Shown here: positions 34,204 to 42,009 of the stretch, piece after piece
Layout of the letters: every line of letters begins with the position of its first letter
How positions within the stretch are numbered: the stretch's first letter is position 1
Assembly: GCA_964013405.1 (NCBI GenBank)
Contig: CAXGWI010000013.1
Span: 1 to 44,922, forward strand
Origin: an uncultured Myxococcales bacterium
Lineage (GTDB): Bacteria; Myxococcota; UBA4151
DNA length: 44,922 nt
Direction of reading: 5' to 3'
Position numbers and translations under genes: made by a program
Notes under the pieces: generated by a model
What the model was told of the DNA's origin: nothing
The model's input: only the letters and a program-made list of their open reading frames with translations
Databases searched by the model: none

Positions 34204-36122
34204 CAACCGCCGCCCTCGGCCCTTCGGTAGAAGACTTCAAGACTCCCCCGTCCGAGCGTGCTGCCATTGATGATCAGGGGCTGATTGATGAACCAGGCCG
34301 TGGAGTAGACGCAGAAATAGGCGTCGCTGGAGTCGTTCGCACCCACACACAACTCGTTGTAGGCCCCCACATCGCAGAAGCCAAACATGCAGCCCCTGGG
34401 GTCCTCCATATTGCGGTTGGCGCAAACCAAGTCGCCAACATCGTCCGGGATGTCCTCGACCGCACCGGCCCCACCCACTCGGTTGAGACCGAGTTGATCG
34501 TCACAGATGCGCCAGTCGTTGGTGATGTCTTCATTAAAGGTGAGTAATTCATCCATTTGGCCCTCTTGGGACTCGGTGACCACCAGGGTATGCACACTGG
34601 CCGGTGAACTTTGATCGGCGCGAAAATGACCGATGTTGACGTCATAGACCCGGAACATCAACTGGACAGCCCCGAGGCCCCGACAGATTTCGGGGAAGTT
34701 GGGGGCCGGCCGTGCAGCGCCGGTGGCGATGAGGCATCGGCTCCACGGGCCACCCCGCTCGTTGGCCAGGTCCATATCGCAGTAACTCTCCACAACCTGA
34801 TCGTGCTGAATGAGGAAATATCGACCGCTGGGGAGTTCGGGATAGCGCTCATTGAGAGTTTGGCAATCGGCCACCGCCTTTGCCACGCTGCTGCCGTCGG
34901 GAAATGCGGTACAGTCGTTTTGACAGGCATCGTCGTCGACCCGATTGCCATCGTCGCAGACCTCGTAGCCTGGCTGGTCCGCTGCGAGGCCTCGACGCAA
35001 GACACCATCACCACAGCGGGCAGCCGTACAGTCATTCAGGCAGGCGTCATCGTTGACACCGTTGCCATCGTCACAGTCTTCGCCCGCGTCGACGCGACCA
35101 TTGCCACAGATCTCGGCGCCGCAAGTCGGTGAACAGCCATCGCCCGGCTCCCCATTGCCATCATCGCATTCCTCGTAACCGGGTTGACCGACGCCCACAT
35201 CGGCCCGCTGGATGCCATCACCACAGCGGGCCAAGCTGCAGTCGAGTCGACAGGCATCGGAATCCACCCCATTGCCATCGTCGCAGGCTTCGCCTTCTTG
35301 GACCGACTGGTCACCACATCGGGGCAGGAGACAGTTGTTTCGGCAACCGTTCCGGTCATCTCGGTCGCCGTCATCACAGGCTTCAAACCCCGACGCTCCT
35401 TCCACTCGGTCCGTGCGCAGAACACCGTCGCCGCAGCGGGCCACCTGGCAGGTGACTCGGCAGGCGTCTTCATCGACCTCGTTGCCATCGTCGCATTCTT
35501 CGAAGCCTGTACGAATCACGCCATCGCCACAGCGACTTGCAGTGCAGTCGTTGCGGCAGCCATCGGAATCCACCGCATTACCGTCATCACAGGCTTCATA
35601 GCCAGCGTCATCGACCCCGAGGTCCTGCCGGACCACCCCGTCGCCACAACGGGCTTCGTCACAGGTGTTCAAACAGCCATCAAAGGGGTTTTGATTGCCA
35701 TCGTCACAGCTTTCGATTTGGCCGTCAGCCCCTCGGCCACCCGGGACCCCATCACCACAGATATTGGCGAGGCAATCCCCTCGGCAGTCATCGTCGTCCC
35801 GCTCATTACCATCGTCGCATTGTTCGAATCCTGGGGCCCCCAACAGGAGGTCGAGCCGGTGGATACCATCACCGCAGCGGGCTCGGACGCAGTTCGATAG
35901 GCAACCGTCTTGGTCATCAGCGTTGCCATCGTCACAGGTTTCGGCCCCCTGTCTTAAACCATCGCCGCAGCGACCATCGCCACCGCCGGCCGAGACCAGC
36001 AGGCTCGGAAGGGGCGCACTGCATCCGCCCCATGGGAGGATGAGAAGAAAGAGCAGGAGCTGAGACCGACCGCAAAGCGCAAACCGGAAGGGGAGCCATC
36101 GATCGGAGTTGGATGCATTCAT
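34203..36122 (-). CDS. DUF4215-type Cys-rich repeat lipoprotein with fibrinogen-like YCDM domain (639 aa)
   Basis: Lipobox-like WGGC, 10 CDD units, and a tip with DC..L..SGRYFL..YCDM..GGPW. Start uncertain. Confidence 0.8.
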   Translation of the reverse strand: MNASNSDRWLPFRFALCGRSQLLLFLLILPWGGCSAPLPSLLVSAGGGDGRCGDGLRQGAETCDDGNADDQDGCLSNCVRARCGDGIHRLDLLLGAPGFEQCDDGNERDDDDCRGDCLANICGDGVPGGRGADGQIESCDDGNQNPFDGCLNTCDEARCGDGVVRQDLGVDDAGYEACDDGNAVDSDGCRNDCTASRCGDGVIRTGFEECDDGNEVDEDACRVTCQVARCGDGVLRTDRVEGASGFEACDDGDRDDRNGCRNNCLLPRCGDQSVQEGEACDDGNGVDSDACRLDCSLARCGDGIQRADVGVGQPGYEECDDGNGEPGDGCSPTCGAEICGNGRVDAGEDCDDGNGVNDDACLNDCTAARCGDGVLRRGLAADQPGYEVCDDGNRVDDDACQNDCTAFPDGSSVAKAVADCQTLNERYPELPSGRYFLIQHDQVVESYCDMDLANERGGPWSRCLIATGAARPAPNFPEICRGLGAVQLMFRVYDVNIGHFRADQSSPASVHTLVVTESQEGQMDELLTFNEDITNDWRICDDQLGLNRVGGAGAVEDIPDDVGDLVCANRNMEDPRGCMFGFCDVGAYNELCVGANDSSDAYFCVYSTAWFINQPLIINGSTLGRGSLEVFYRRAEGGG

Positions 36123-36246
36123 GATGACCTTCTTAAGTGAAAACGCGCGCCCGCTCAAAACCCCCGAACCGCCCCCAGAAAGCACCACGGTGCTGGATCA
36201 TCCGCCGACTGCCTTGTACGGGGAGGGTAGAGAGGCGAGGAAAGCC

Positions 36247-36600
36247 ATGAAAATCTATCACAACCCCCGGTGCAGCAAGTCACGACGGACCCTCGCTTTG
36301 CTCAAGGAGCGAGGCCATGAACCGGAGGTGGTCCGTTACCTTGAGACGGGCTTAGCGGTGGCTGAGATCCGTGAACTCGCCGCTCGCCTTGGTCTGTCTT
36401 TGCATGATCTGCTGCGCAGCAAAGAGCCGGCCTATCGAGAGCAGAACCTCAGTCCAGACAGTTCCGACGAAGCGATTCTTCAGGCCTTGGTGGCAGCACC
36501 GATTTTGCTGGAACGGCCCGTCGTGGTCGTCGGCGAACAGGCCCGGACCGGGCGTCCCCCCGAAGCTGTGCTCGAACTCCTCGATGGTGAGGGGGCGTGA
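36247..36600 (+). CDS. arsC: Arsenate reductase (glutaredoxin-dependent ArsC family)
   Basis: MKIYHNPRCSKSR, VVRYL, LLRSKE, PILLERPVV and GRPPE. Confidence 0.88.
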   Translation: MKIYHNPRCSKSRRTLALLKERGHEPEVVRYLETGLAVAEIRELAARLGLSLHDLLRSKEPAYREQNLSPDSSDEAILQALVAAPILLERPVVVVGEQARTGRPPEAVLELLDGEGA

Positions 36601-37388
36601 CGGTTCAGCCTAAAGCCTGGCCTGCTATCGTCCTGAGTCTTCTTGCGGGGATTGCCTTCGGTGTTTCGTTCTTCGTGCCCTTCGTGAGCAGTGATTTTCG
36701 GGTTTCGCTGCCGGCGAAAGTTGATCGTGGTATCGAAGGGAGCGTGCGGGGCAGCGAGCGGTTTCTCGACCGACTCGAGGGACTGCTCGGTGCTGGGGTT
36801 CGAGACAAAGCCGAGGAGATCGGCAGCTTCTGGATGGACGCAGGCCTTGAGCGCAGTCTCGGTGAAGTGGGCCTCAATAGAAAGGGGGAGGGGATCCCCT
36901 GGAGTCGGTGTTTGGCCACGGGGGAGGGGGCGAAGGCCCCGGGCTGGCGCCCCTGCGTGAAAGCATGGATCAGCTATAAAGCGGGCATTCCCGTCGGCGT
37001 GCAAACCCTGAGTGGTGTCATTCGCGGCCTTTTTGCCCAAGGTGAGTGGCTCCTCGCTACGTTATTGACCCTCTTTTCCATCTGCTTTCCCGCGCTCAAG
37101 GTCGGGCTGACCCTCGTTTTGGGCCTGGCATTGGTACGAGTCGAGCTTCGTGAACGCTTGCATAAGGTCCTTGAGATGAGCGCAAAGTGGTCCATGACCG
37201 ATGTCTTCGTCGTCGCTTTGATGATCGTCTTCTTTAAGGCCGAGAACTTTAACTTCCACTTCCGGGCAGAGGTGGGCGTTTATCTGTTTGCGGCAGCGGC
37301 CATCCTTTCGTCCCTCGCCATCATGAAGCTGCCCTTGCCCGCTTCCCCCTCGGGCACTTCGGAGGAGGCGCCAACAAAAACCAGTTGA
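36597..37388 (+). CDS. PqiA-domain membrane protein
   Basis: LFSICFPALK and KWSMTDVFVVAL motifs of paraquat-inducible protein A. GTGA overlap with arsC. Confidence 0.75.
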   Translation: MTVQPKAWPAIVLSLLAGIAFGVSFFVPFVSSDFRVSLPAKVDRGIEGSVRGSERFLDRLEGLLGAGVRDKAEEIGSFWMDAGLERSLGEVGLNRKGEGIPWSRCLATGEGAKAPGWRPCVKAWISYKAGIPVGVQTLSGVIRGLFAQGEWLLATLLTLFSICFPALKVGLTLVLGLALVRVELRERLHKVLEMSAKWSMTDVFVVALMIVFFKAENFNFHFRAEVGVYLFAAAAILSSLAIMKLPLPASPSGTSEEAPTKTS

Positions 37389-37423
37389 CGGCTTTGGTTG
37401 CCTTGATAGGTGGGCGCTGTTGT

Positions 37424-37500
37424 TGCGGGGTGGAGAAGCTGGCCATCTCGTCGGGCTCATAACCCGAAGATCGCAGGTTCGAATCCTGCCCCCGCTACCA
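37424..37500 (+). tRNA. Initiator tRNA-fMet (CAT)
   Basis: Cloverleaf with D stem GAGA/TCTC (A11:U24), anticodon stem TCGGG-CTCATAA-CCCGA with three G:C pairs, T arm GCAGG-TTCGAAT-CCTGC, unpaired 1:72, A73 and encoded CCA. Confidence 0.97.
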
Positions 37501-37505
37501 ACGAT

Positions 37506-37535
37506 ACAGGCGCTTCGGCGCCTGTTCTCGTTTTT
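37506..37535 (+). terminator. Intrinsic terminator after the tRNA
   Basis: ACAGGCGC-TTCG-GCGCCTGT perfect 8-bp stem with a cUUCGg loop, followed by TCTCGTTTTT. Confidence 0.75.
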
Positions 37536-37616
37536 CAGCGGTAGAGCCCCCCGCCACCGGGGCCTGTCCATTGGCAGGCCGGCCTGTTCAGACTACAGGG
37601 GAAGTGGAGCCAGCCG

Positions 37617-38738
37617 ATGACTGAAATTGGCCCGGTGCCCTGGGCCTGCTCTGGGCCTGTGTTAGCGCCGCCCGACCTCCGTATCGGGCGCCGGCTTGGT
37701 TTGCAGATCTTCCAAGTTGCCGTGAACTGGCCCGCTCTGCAGCCAAAGGGGAGAGGGTTTCGTCGTGATCCGGCGCTGCTCGATCCCTACGATCGCGTTG
37801 TGGATCACCTCCTCGAACAAGAGCTGGAGCCCCAATTTAGTCTCCACGGGGGCGAGTTGCCGACCTCGCTTCAACTGGACGGTGGATGGACCCGCCGGGA
37901 CAATGCGAAGCGCTTTGTGGATTTTGCGGAAGGGATGAGTCGCCGCCTGGGGGACCGGGTCGAGCGATGGCTGACCCTTCAGGATCTGACGGCCATCGCC
38001 AGTTGGGAGGGGGGCGAACTTCACAGCGCCGATGGTCCGGGTTTACGCTACTTGAAAGCCTGCCATCATCTCCTCCTGGCCCACGCCTGGGCCAGCAAGA
38101 TCATTGCTGAGAACGTTCACAGTCCACACATCGATGTCGAGTTTCGTTGCCCGGAACTGGGTCCGGAGGCGGACCGAGATGAAGACCCGAGCCACCATCG
38201 CTGGATTCTCGACCCCCTTTCCGGGCAGGGCTACCCGGAAGAAGGTCTCCACGACCGCCGGGACCAGGGCGTTCTATCTAGCCTCGTGCCGAGTTTTGCC
38301 GAACGGGGCGACCTTCAACTCATTGGTTCAGCCTTGGGCGGAATCCGTCTGATCGTTGACTGGCCCTGGCGTGCGGCGCATTACGGCCCGTTCGAGCGAG
38401 TGCTCCATGGCCTCAGCGAGCGGCCGCTCTCGCTGCATTTGCGGCAGGGGCTAGGGGCTTCGCAGTTGGCCCATCCGGCCAATGATGAGGCTCGAGTCGA
38501 ACTGTTGCGCGATCAACTGGAGTCACTTGCATCAGCCAGTAGCAAGGGCTTGAACCTTCAACAAATCCAACTTGGCCCTTTGCTGGATGAGGAGCAATGG
38601 GCCGATGGAGCGAGGCCTCAACCGGGATTGGTTTGGATCGACCCATACACGAGGCGAAGATGGCCGAAGGCCAGTGGTCTTTTTGTGCAACGCTTCGTTG
38701 TCGAGGGGCACGTTGCGCGGACAGACTTGGGCCACTAA
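37617..38738 (+). CDS. Degenerate glycoside hydrolase family 1-fold protein
   Basis: Retains LP..LQ..GGW, LGDRVERW, HHLLLAH, DP...GYP, ND..R and GL..ID..T..R..K.S. The NEP and ENG catalytic motifs are not recognisable. Confidence 0.7.
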   Translation: MTEIGPVPWACSGPVLAPPDLRIGRRLGLQIFQVAVNWPALQPKGRGFRRDPALLDPYDRVVDHLLEQELEPQFSLHGGELPTSLQLDGGWTRRDNAKRFVDFAEGMSRRLGDRVERWLTLQDLTAIASWEGGELHSADGPGLRYLKACHHLLLAHAWASKIIAENVHSPHIDVEFRCPELGPEADRDEDPSHHRWILDPLSGQGYPEEGLHDRRDQGVLSSLVPSFAERGDLQLIGSALGGIRLIVDWPWRAAHYGPFERVLHGLSERPLSLHLRQGLGASQLAHPANDEARVELLRDQLESLASASSKGLNLQQIQLGPLLDEEQWADGARPQPGLVWIDPYTRRRWPKASGLFVQRFVVEGHVARTDLGH

Positions 38739-38808
38739 GCCTTTGACCTGTTCGGTGACAACCATTGCTGAGCCGCTAACATAGAGCGGTCATAGGAAAG
38801 GAAAAGCT

Positions 38809-39990
38809 GTGCTCTTTCGAGACCAAAAACTTATCGTTCTTGCGAGCCTTGTCACCTTTATCGCCTGCGGTGGGGACGGGCCGAATGAGCCAGAACAAAC
38901 TCGCAACTGCGATCCGGGCGCGACGCAAGCATGTACCTGCGTAGGGGGCGAGAACGGAGCGCAAAGTTGCGAGGGTGATGGCGCCGGCTGGGCTGACTGC
39001 GTCTGCACTGGCGGTGGTGGTGGTGGTGGCGGCACCAGTGACTGTCCCCAAGCGGATCACTTCTTGGATGTCGCCTCGGCGCCGGGCCCTGACGAGGGGG
39101 GGCTCATGCCCCGTCTCAGCGTCGTGTGCACGGAGACGGAGGTTCGGGTGACGACGAACGATATCCCACACTACACATTCATCCCGTTGACTCCCAACGC
39201 GCTGGTGGAAAACAACGTCACGCACATTTTCCCACGCTTTCCTGAAGTCGCTGCCGAGCCGAGTCGGATCAACGATGGCTTTCCTCAACTCGGAAGCGCC
39301 GGTGTGACCAATACGGGGCTCTCCATGAATGCCGCCAGCGAAGGACCAACCCCTGATCCTTACGGTGATCCGGTCGCCAACGCGCTCCTCGATGCCTGTG
39401 GTGGGCACACCGGGAGGGATTATCACAACCACACCATCGCCGAGAAATGCTTCATCCCCAGCGGTCTCGTGGCCGAACCGTGGAACAACCCAGACCCCGA
39501 CCCGAGTCAGCCGTCCCCTGTTCTGGGTTATGCCCTCGATGGCTTCCCGATCTACGGTAACCGGGGCTGCGCTGATGAGGACTGCAGCCGGATCATTGAG
39601 TTTCAGTCCAGCTGGGAGAACAACTCCGCGATGGCTGGAACCCTCGGCTGTCAGGACAATAGTGTCTGCAACAACGCGGCGGTCTGTGATGATGGCCGCG
39701 ATCGGAACAACGCCGGCAATGACTGCCATGTTTGCGCACCGGCCGTGGTCGATGGGCTTCGAACAACGGCCTGTATTCCGACGGAGTACGCCTTTGACAC
39801 CAATGAGTGGGTGGAAAAGGACGGCGAAGCCTATCTCGACGAATGTAACGGTCGCGTTCAGCCCGATGGCAGTTACGGCTACCACATCACGCCGACCTTC
39901 CCCTACTGGGCTGGGTGCTTCCGGGGCACGGCCACCCATCTCCGTGGTGGCGGTGGTGGCGGTGGTGGCGGCGGTGGCGGTCCTCCGTAG
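38809..39990 (+). CDS. YHYH-domain lipoprotein
   Basis: GTG start with AGGA upstream, lipobox FIAC, and motifs NDIPHY, LDACGGH..DYHNH, LGYALDGFPIYG, LDECNGR, YGYH and FPY..GC. Poly-Gly tracts. Confidence 0.82.
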   Translation: MLFRDQKLIVLASLVTFIACGGDGPNEPEQTRNCDPGATQACTCVGGENGAQSCEGDGAGWADCVCTGGGGGGGGTSDCPQADHFLDVASAPGPDEGGLMPRLSVVCTETEVRVTTNDIPHYTFIPLTPNALVENNVTHIFPRFPEVAAEPSRINDGFPQLGSAGVTNTGLSMNAASEGPTPDPYGDPVANALLDACGGHTGRDYHNHTIAEKCFIPSGLVAEPWNNPDPDPSQPSPVLGYALDGFPIYGNRGCADEDCSRIIEFQSSWENNSAMAGTLGCQDNSVCNNAAVCDDGRDRNNAGNDCHVCAPAVVDGLRTTACIPTEYAFDTNEWVEKDGEAYLDECNGRVQPDGSYGYHITPTFPYWAGCFRGTATHLRGGGGGGGGGGGGPP

Positions 39991-40000
39991 GAGGCACAGG

Positions 40001-40852
40001 ATGCCTGTGTGCTGGCGGCAGAGGGCGGCGCTGGGTATGCGGTTGGCCGCACTCACGCTGCTGGTGGCTTGTCCCATCGGCGAAGTTCCTGATGCCCTCG
40101 AAGCGGGTCCGGACGATGGACTCCGCCTCGACCAATCCCTGGTCTACACCCTTGATTGGGATCGGGAGGGTGTCACCTTACACGAGACTGGTTGGTCTGC
40201 GATTAACGATCTTGGCTTTGCGTTTGAGTTCCAACAGGCTTTTGCCACCACCTACAGCTTGGAGTTGGTGCCTTGCGACCCCGTGTCGAGGCCAGATGGT
40301 GGTCTTGGGGATTTGGTGGAGCGGGTGCTGGGTTGGATCGGGTCCAGGAAGGCCTTCGCTGGTCACGGCGGCGCACCGTTCAACCCGACACGCCTGGGTC
40401 AGTCTCTGGTGGAGTCAATTCACGGAGCCGTGCCTTTTGTCTCGGCACCGATGACCGCAGATGGGAACACTTACTGCCAATTCCACTACCTGGTGGCTCG
40501 GGCTCATGGGGGGACGCAGCAACTGCCTGAGACCCTCGACTACCTAGGGCGGTCGGCCATTCTGCAAGGCCGTTGGCGCCAGGCCGATGGGCCTTGGCAG
40601 GACTTCGACTGGCGCAGTGAGGTGCCATGGGGGGAGATGAAGTCTCTGGAGCCGGCGGTTGCAGATGGCCCCTTGTCAGCCGACGCCCCCACACAAGTCC
40701 TCGTGACCCGGCCGCTCCATGGACTCTTGCGGGCGCTTGATCCGGTGCAGATGCGACCGGAGGTTTTAGCGAACACCGTGATCAAAAACATGGTTCAGGG
40801 CACACGGATTGAGATTCGTACGGCCCATGGACGGTGGCGGTCACAACCCTAG
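40001..40852 (+). CDS. Hypothetical lipoprotein (283 aa)
   Basis: AGGAGG RBS overlapping the upstream stop, lipobox LLVAC, internal AFAGHGG, and Cys in LVPC and TYC. Confidence 0.7.
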   Translation: MPVCWRQRAALGMRLAALTLLVACPIGEVPDALEAGPDDGLRLDQSLVYTLDWDREGVTLHETGWSAINDLGFAFEFQQAFATTYSLELVPCDPVSRPDGGLGDLVERVLGWIGSRKAFAGHGGAPFNPTRLGQSLVESIHGAVPFVSAPMTADGNTYCQFHYLVARAHGGTQQLPETLDYLGRSAILQGRWRQADGPWQDFDWRSEVPWGEMKSLEPAVADGPLSADAPTQVLVTRPLHGLLRALDPVQMRPEVLANTVIKNMVQGTRIEIRTAHGRWRSQP

Positions 40853-40932
40853 CCTTTTCGTTTTAGACTTTCGCGAAGACCATGCACGGTTCGGGTCGAC
40901 TCGGGTCGGTGAAGGGGATATGGGCGCAGCCC

Positions 40933-42009
40933 ATGTCTGTCCTGCTCGTAACCAAACCGATGACCGCACCGTGGCACGATAGCTCGAGTCAGTTGGCCCG
41001 GACCCTAGCCGAGGGGCTCCATCGTCTCGGCGCCCCCGTTGAAGTGCGGGTCATGACGACGGCCGAGGGCTCCGGCATCGATGGGGTCGTCGATGAAGTT
41101 ATCTACCGCGAAGCGGGCGGTTTTTCTCCTGGAATCACCCAGAATTTACGAGTCTTTCGCCGCCTTGCAGCGGGGCGAGGTGAAGCGATGCGTCACTTCT
41201 TCTTCGCACCCAACCCGCGGGCAGCATTTGCTGCCCGGGTGGCCCATGGGCTCCGATCTCGACCGAGTCTGCATACCCTGTGCTCCATGCCGCCCGCGGG
41301 CCAGGCCCTCAAGCCTTCGCTCTTCGCCGATCGGCAGATGGTTCTTAGCCTGGCGGCGCAGCGACGATTGGAGGCCGAGGGCGTCGAGAGCCACCTGGTG
41401 GAACCGTCGGTTCTCCCCCTTGCGTCCAGTGAGGCCGGCCAAGCCCGTTGCCGTGAAGCTTATGGGGATTATCTCCTCTTTGCGGGAGACCTCCGCCCAG
41501 GCGGCGGGGCATTGGAAGCGTTGGAGGTCTTGGCTCGCCTGCCGGAGCCATTGAATCTCGTGGTCGCCTCCCGGCCGAAGGGGCGAGATTATCAGCGTGC
41601 CTTGGCCTCCCTAGAGCAAAGAATCCAAGACCTCCGATTGCAGGACCGGGTGCACCAGCTTGGCCGGATCGATTGGATCGGGGACTTGGTTGCGGCTGCT
41701 CGCCTGCAGCTCCTCCCGGCCACCGACCTGACGGCCAAGATGGACTATCCCCTGGTGTTGCTTGAGGGGCTCGCCGCAGGTGTGCCGGCGGTGGTGGCCA
41801 GTGAAGCCCCCATGGCCGCCATTGCGGATGGGCAAAGTGTCGCTGCTGCGCCGGCTGCCGATTCAGAGAGTCTAGGGGCTGCATGCGAAGCGGTTCTTGG
41901 GGAGAAGGCAGGAACGGCTGCCCGGGACCTGTATCGGACACGCTTTCTTCCCGAGCGCTTTGCCGAGGATGTCTTGCAGCATTACGCTGTGCTCGGGGTG
42001 GAGCCATGA
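40933..42009 (+). CDS. Glycosyltransferase, GT4-like (GT-B fold)
   Basis: LLFAGDL, RVHQLG and YPLVLLEGLAAGVPAVV motifs. Confidence 0.82.
   Translation: MSVLLVTKPMTAPWHDSSSQLARTLAEGLHRLGAPVEVRVMTTAEGSGIDGVVDEVIYREAGGFSPGITQNLRVFRRLAAGRGEAMRHFFFAPNPRAAFAARVAHGLRSRPSLHTLCSMPPAGQALKPSLFADRQMVLSLAAQRRLEAEGVESHLVEPSVLPLASSEAGQARCREAYGDYLLFAGDLRPGGGALEALEVLARLPEPLNLVVASRPKGRDYQRALASLEQRIQDLRLQDRVHQLGRIDWIGDLVAAARLQLLPATDLTAKMDYPLVLLEGLAAGVPAVVASEAPMAAIADGQSVAAAPAADSESLGAACEAVLGEKAGTAARDLYRTRFLPERFAEDVLQHYAVLGVEP

Noticed and set aside
16590..36000. Recurrent DNA motifs (e.g. TTGCCATCGTCGCAGGC) as a CRISPR array or DGR template/variable repeats
   Set aside because: They are in-frame coding repeats that vary at synonymous positions. 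There are no cas genes, no reverse transcriptase and no adenine-specific mismatch pattern.
37424..37620. tRNA as an island integration site
   Set aside because: No integrase, and I saw no duplicated tRNA 3' end in the window.
39946..39981. GGT/GGC tract as a phase-variation repeat
   Set aside because: It is an imperfect triplet repeat at the gene end, so slippage would keep the frame.
38776..40077. 433-aa minus-strand ORF and the 39329-40000 part of the 507-aa ORF
   Set aside because: Shadow and alternative frames of the YHYH gene. The real downstream gene starts at 40001 after AGGAGG.
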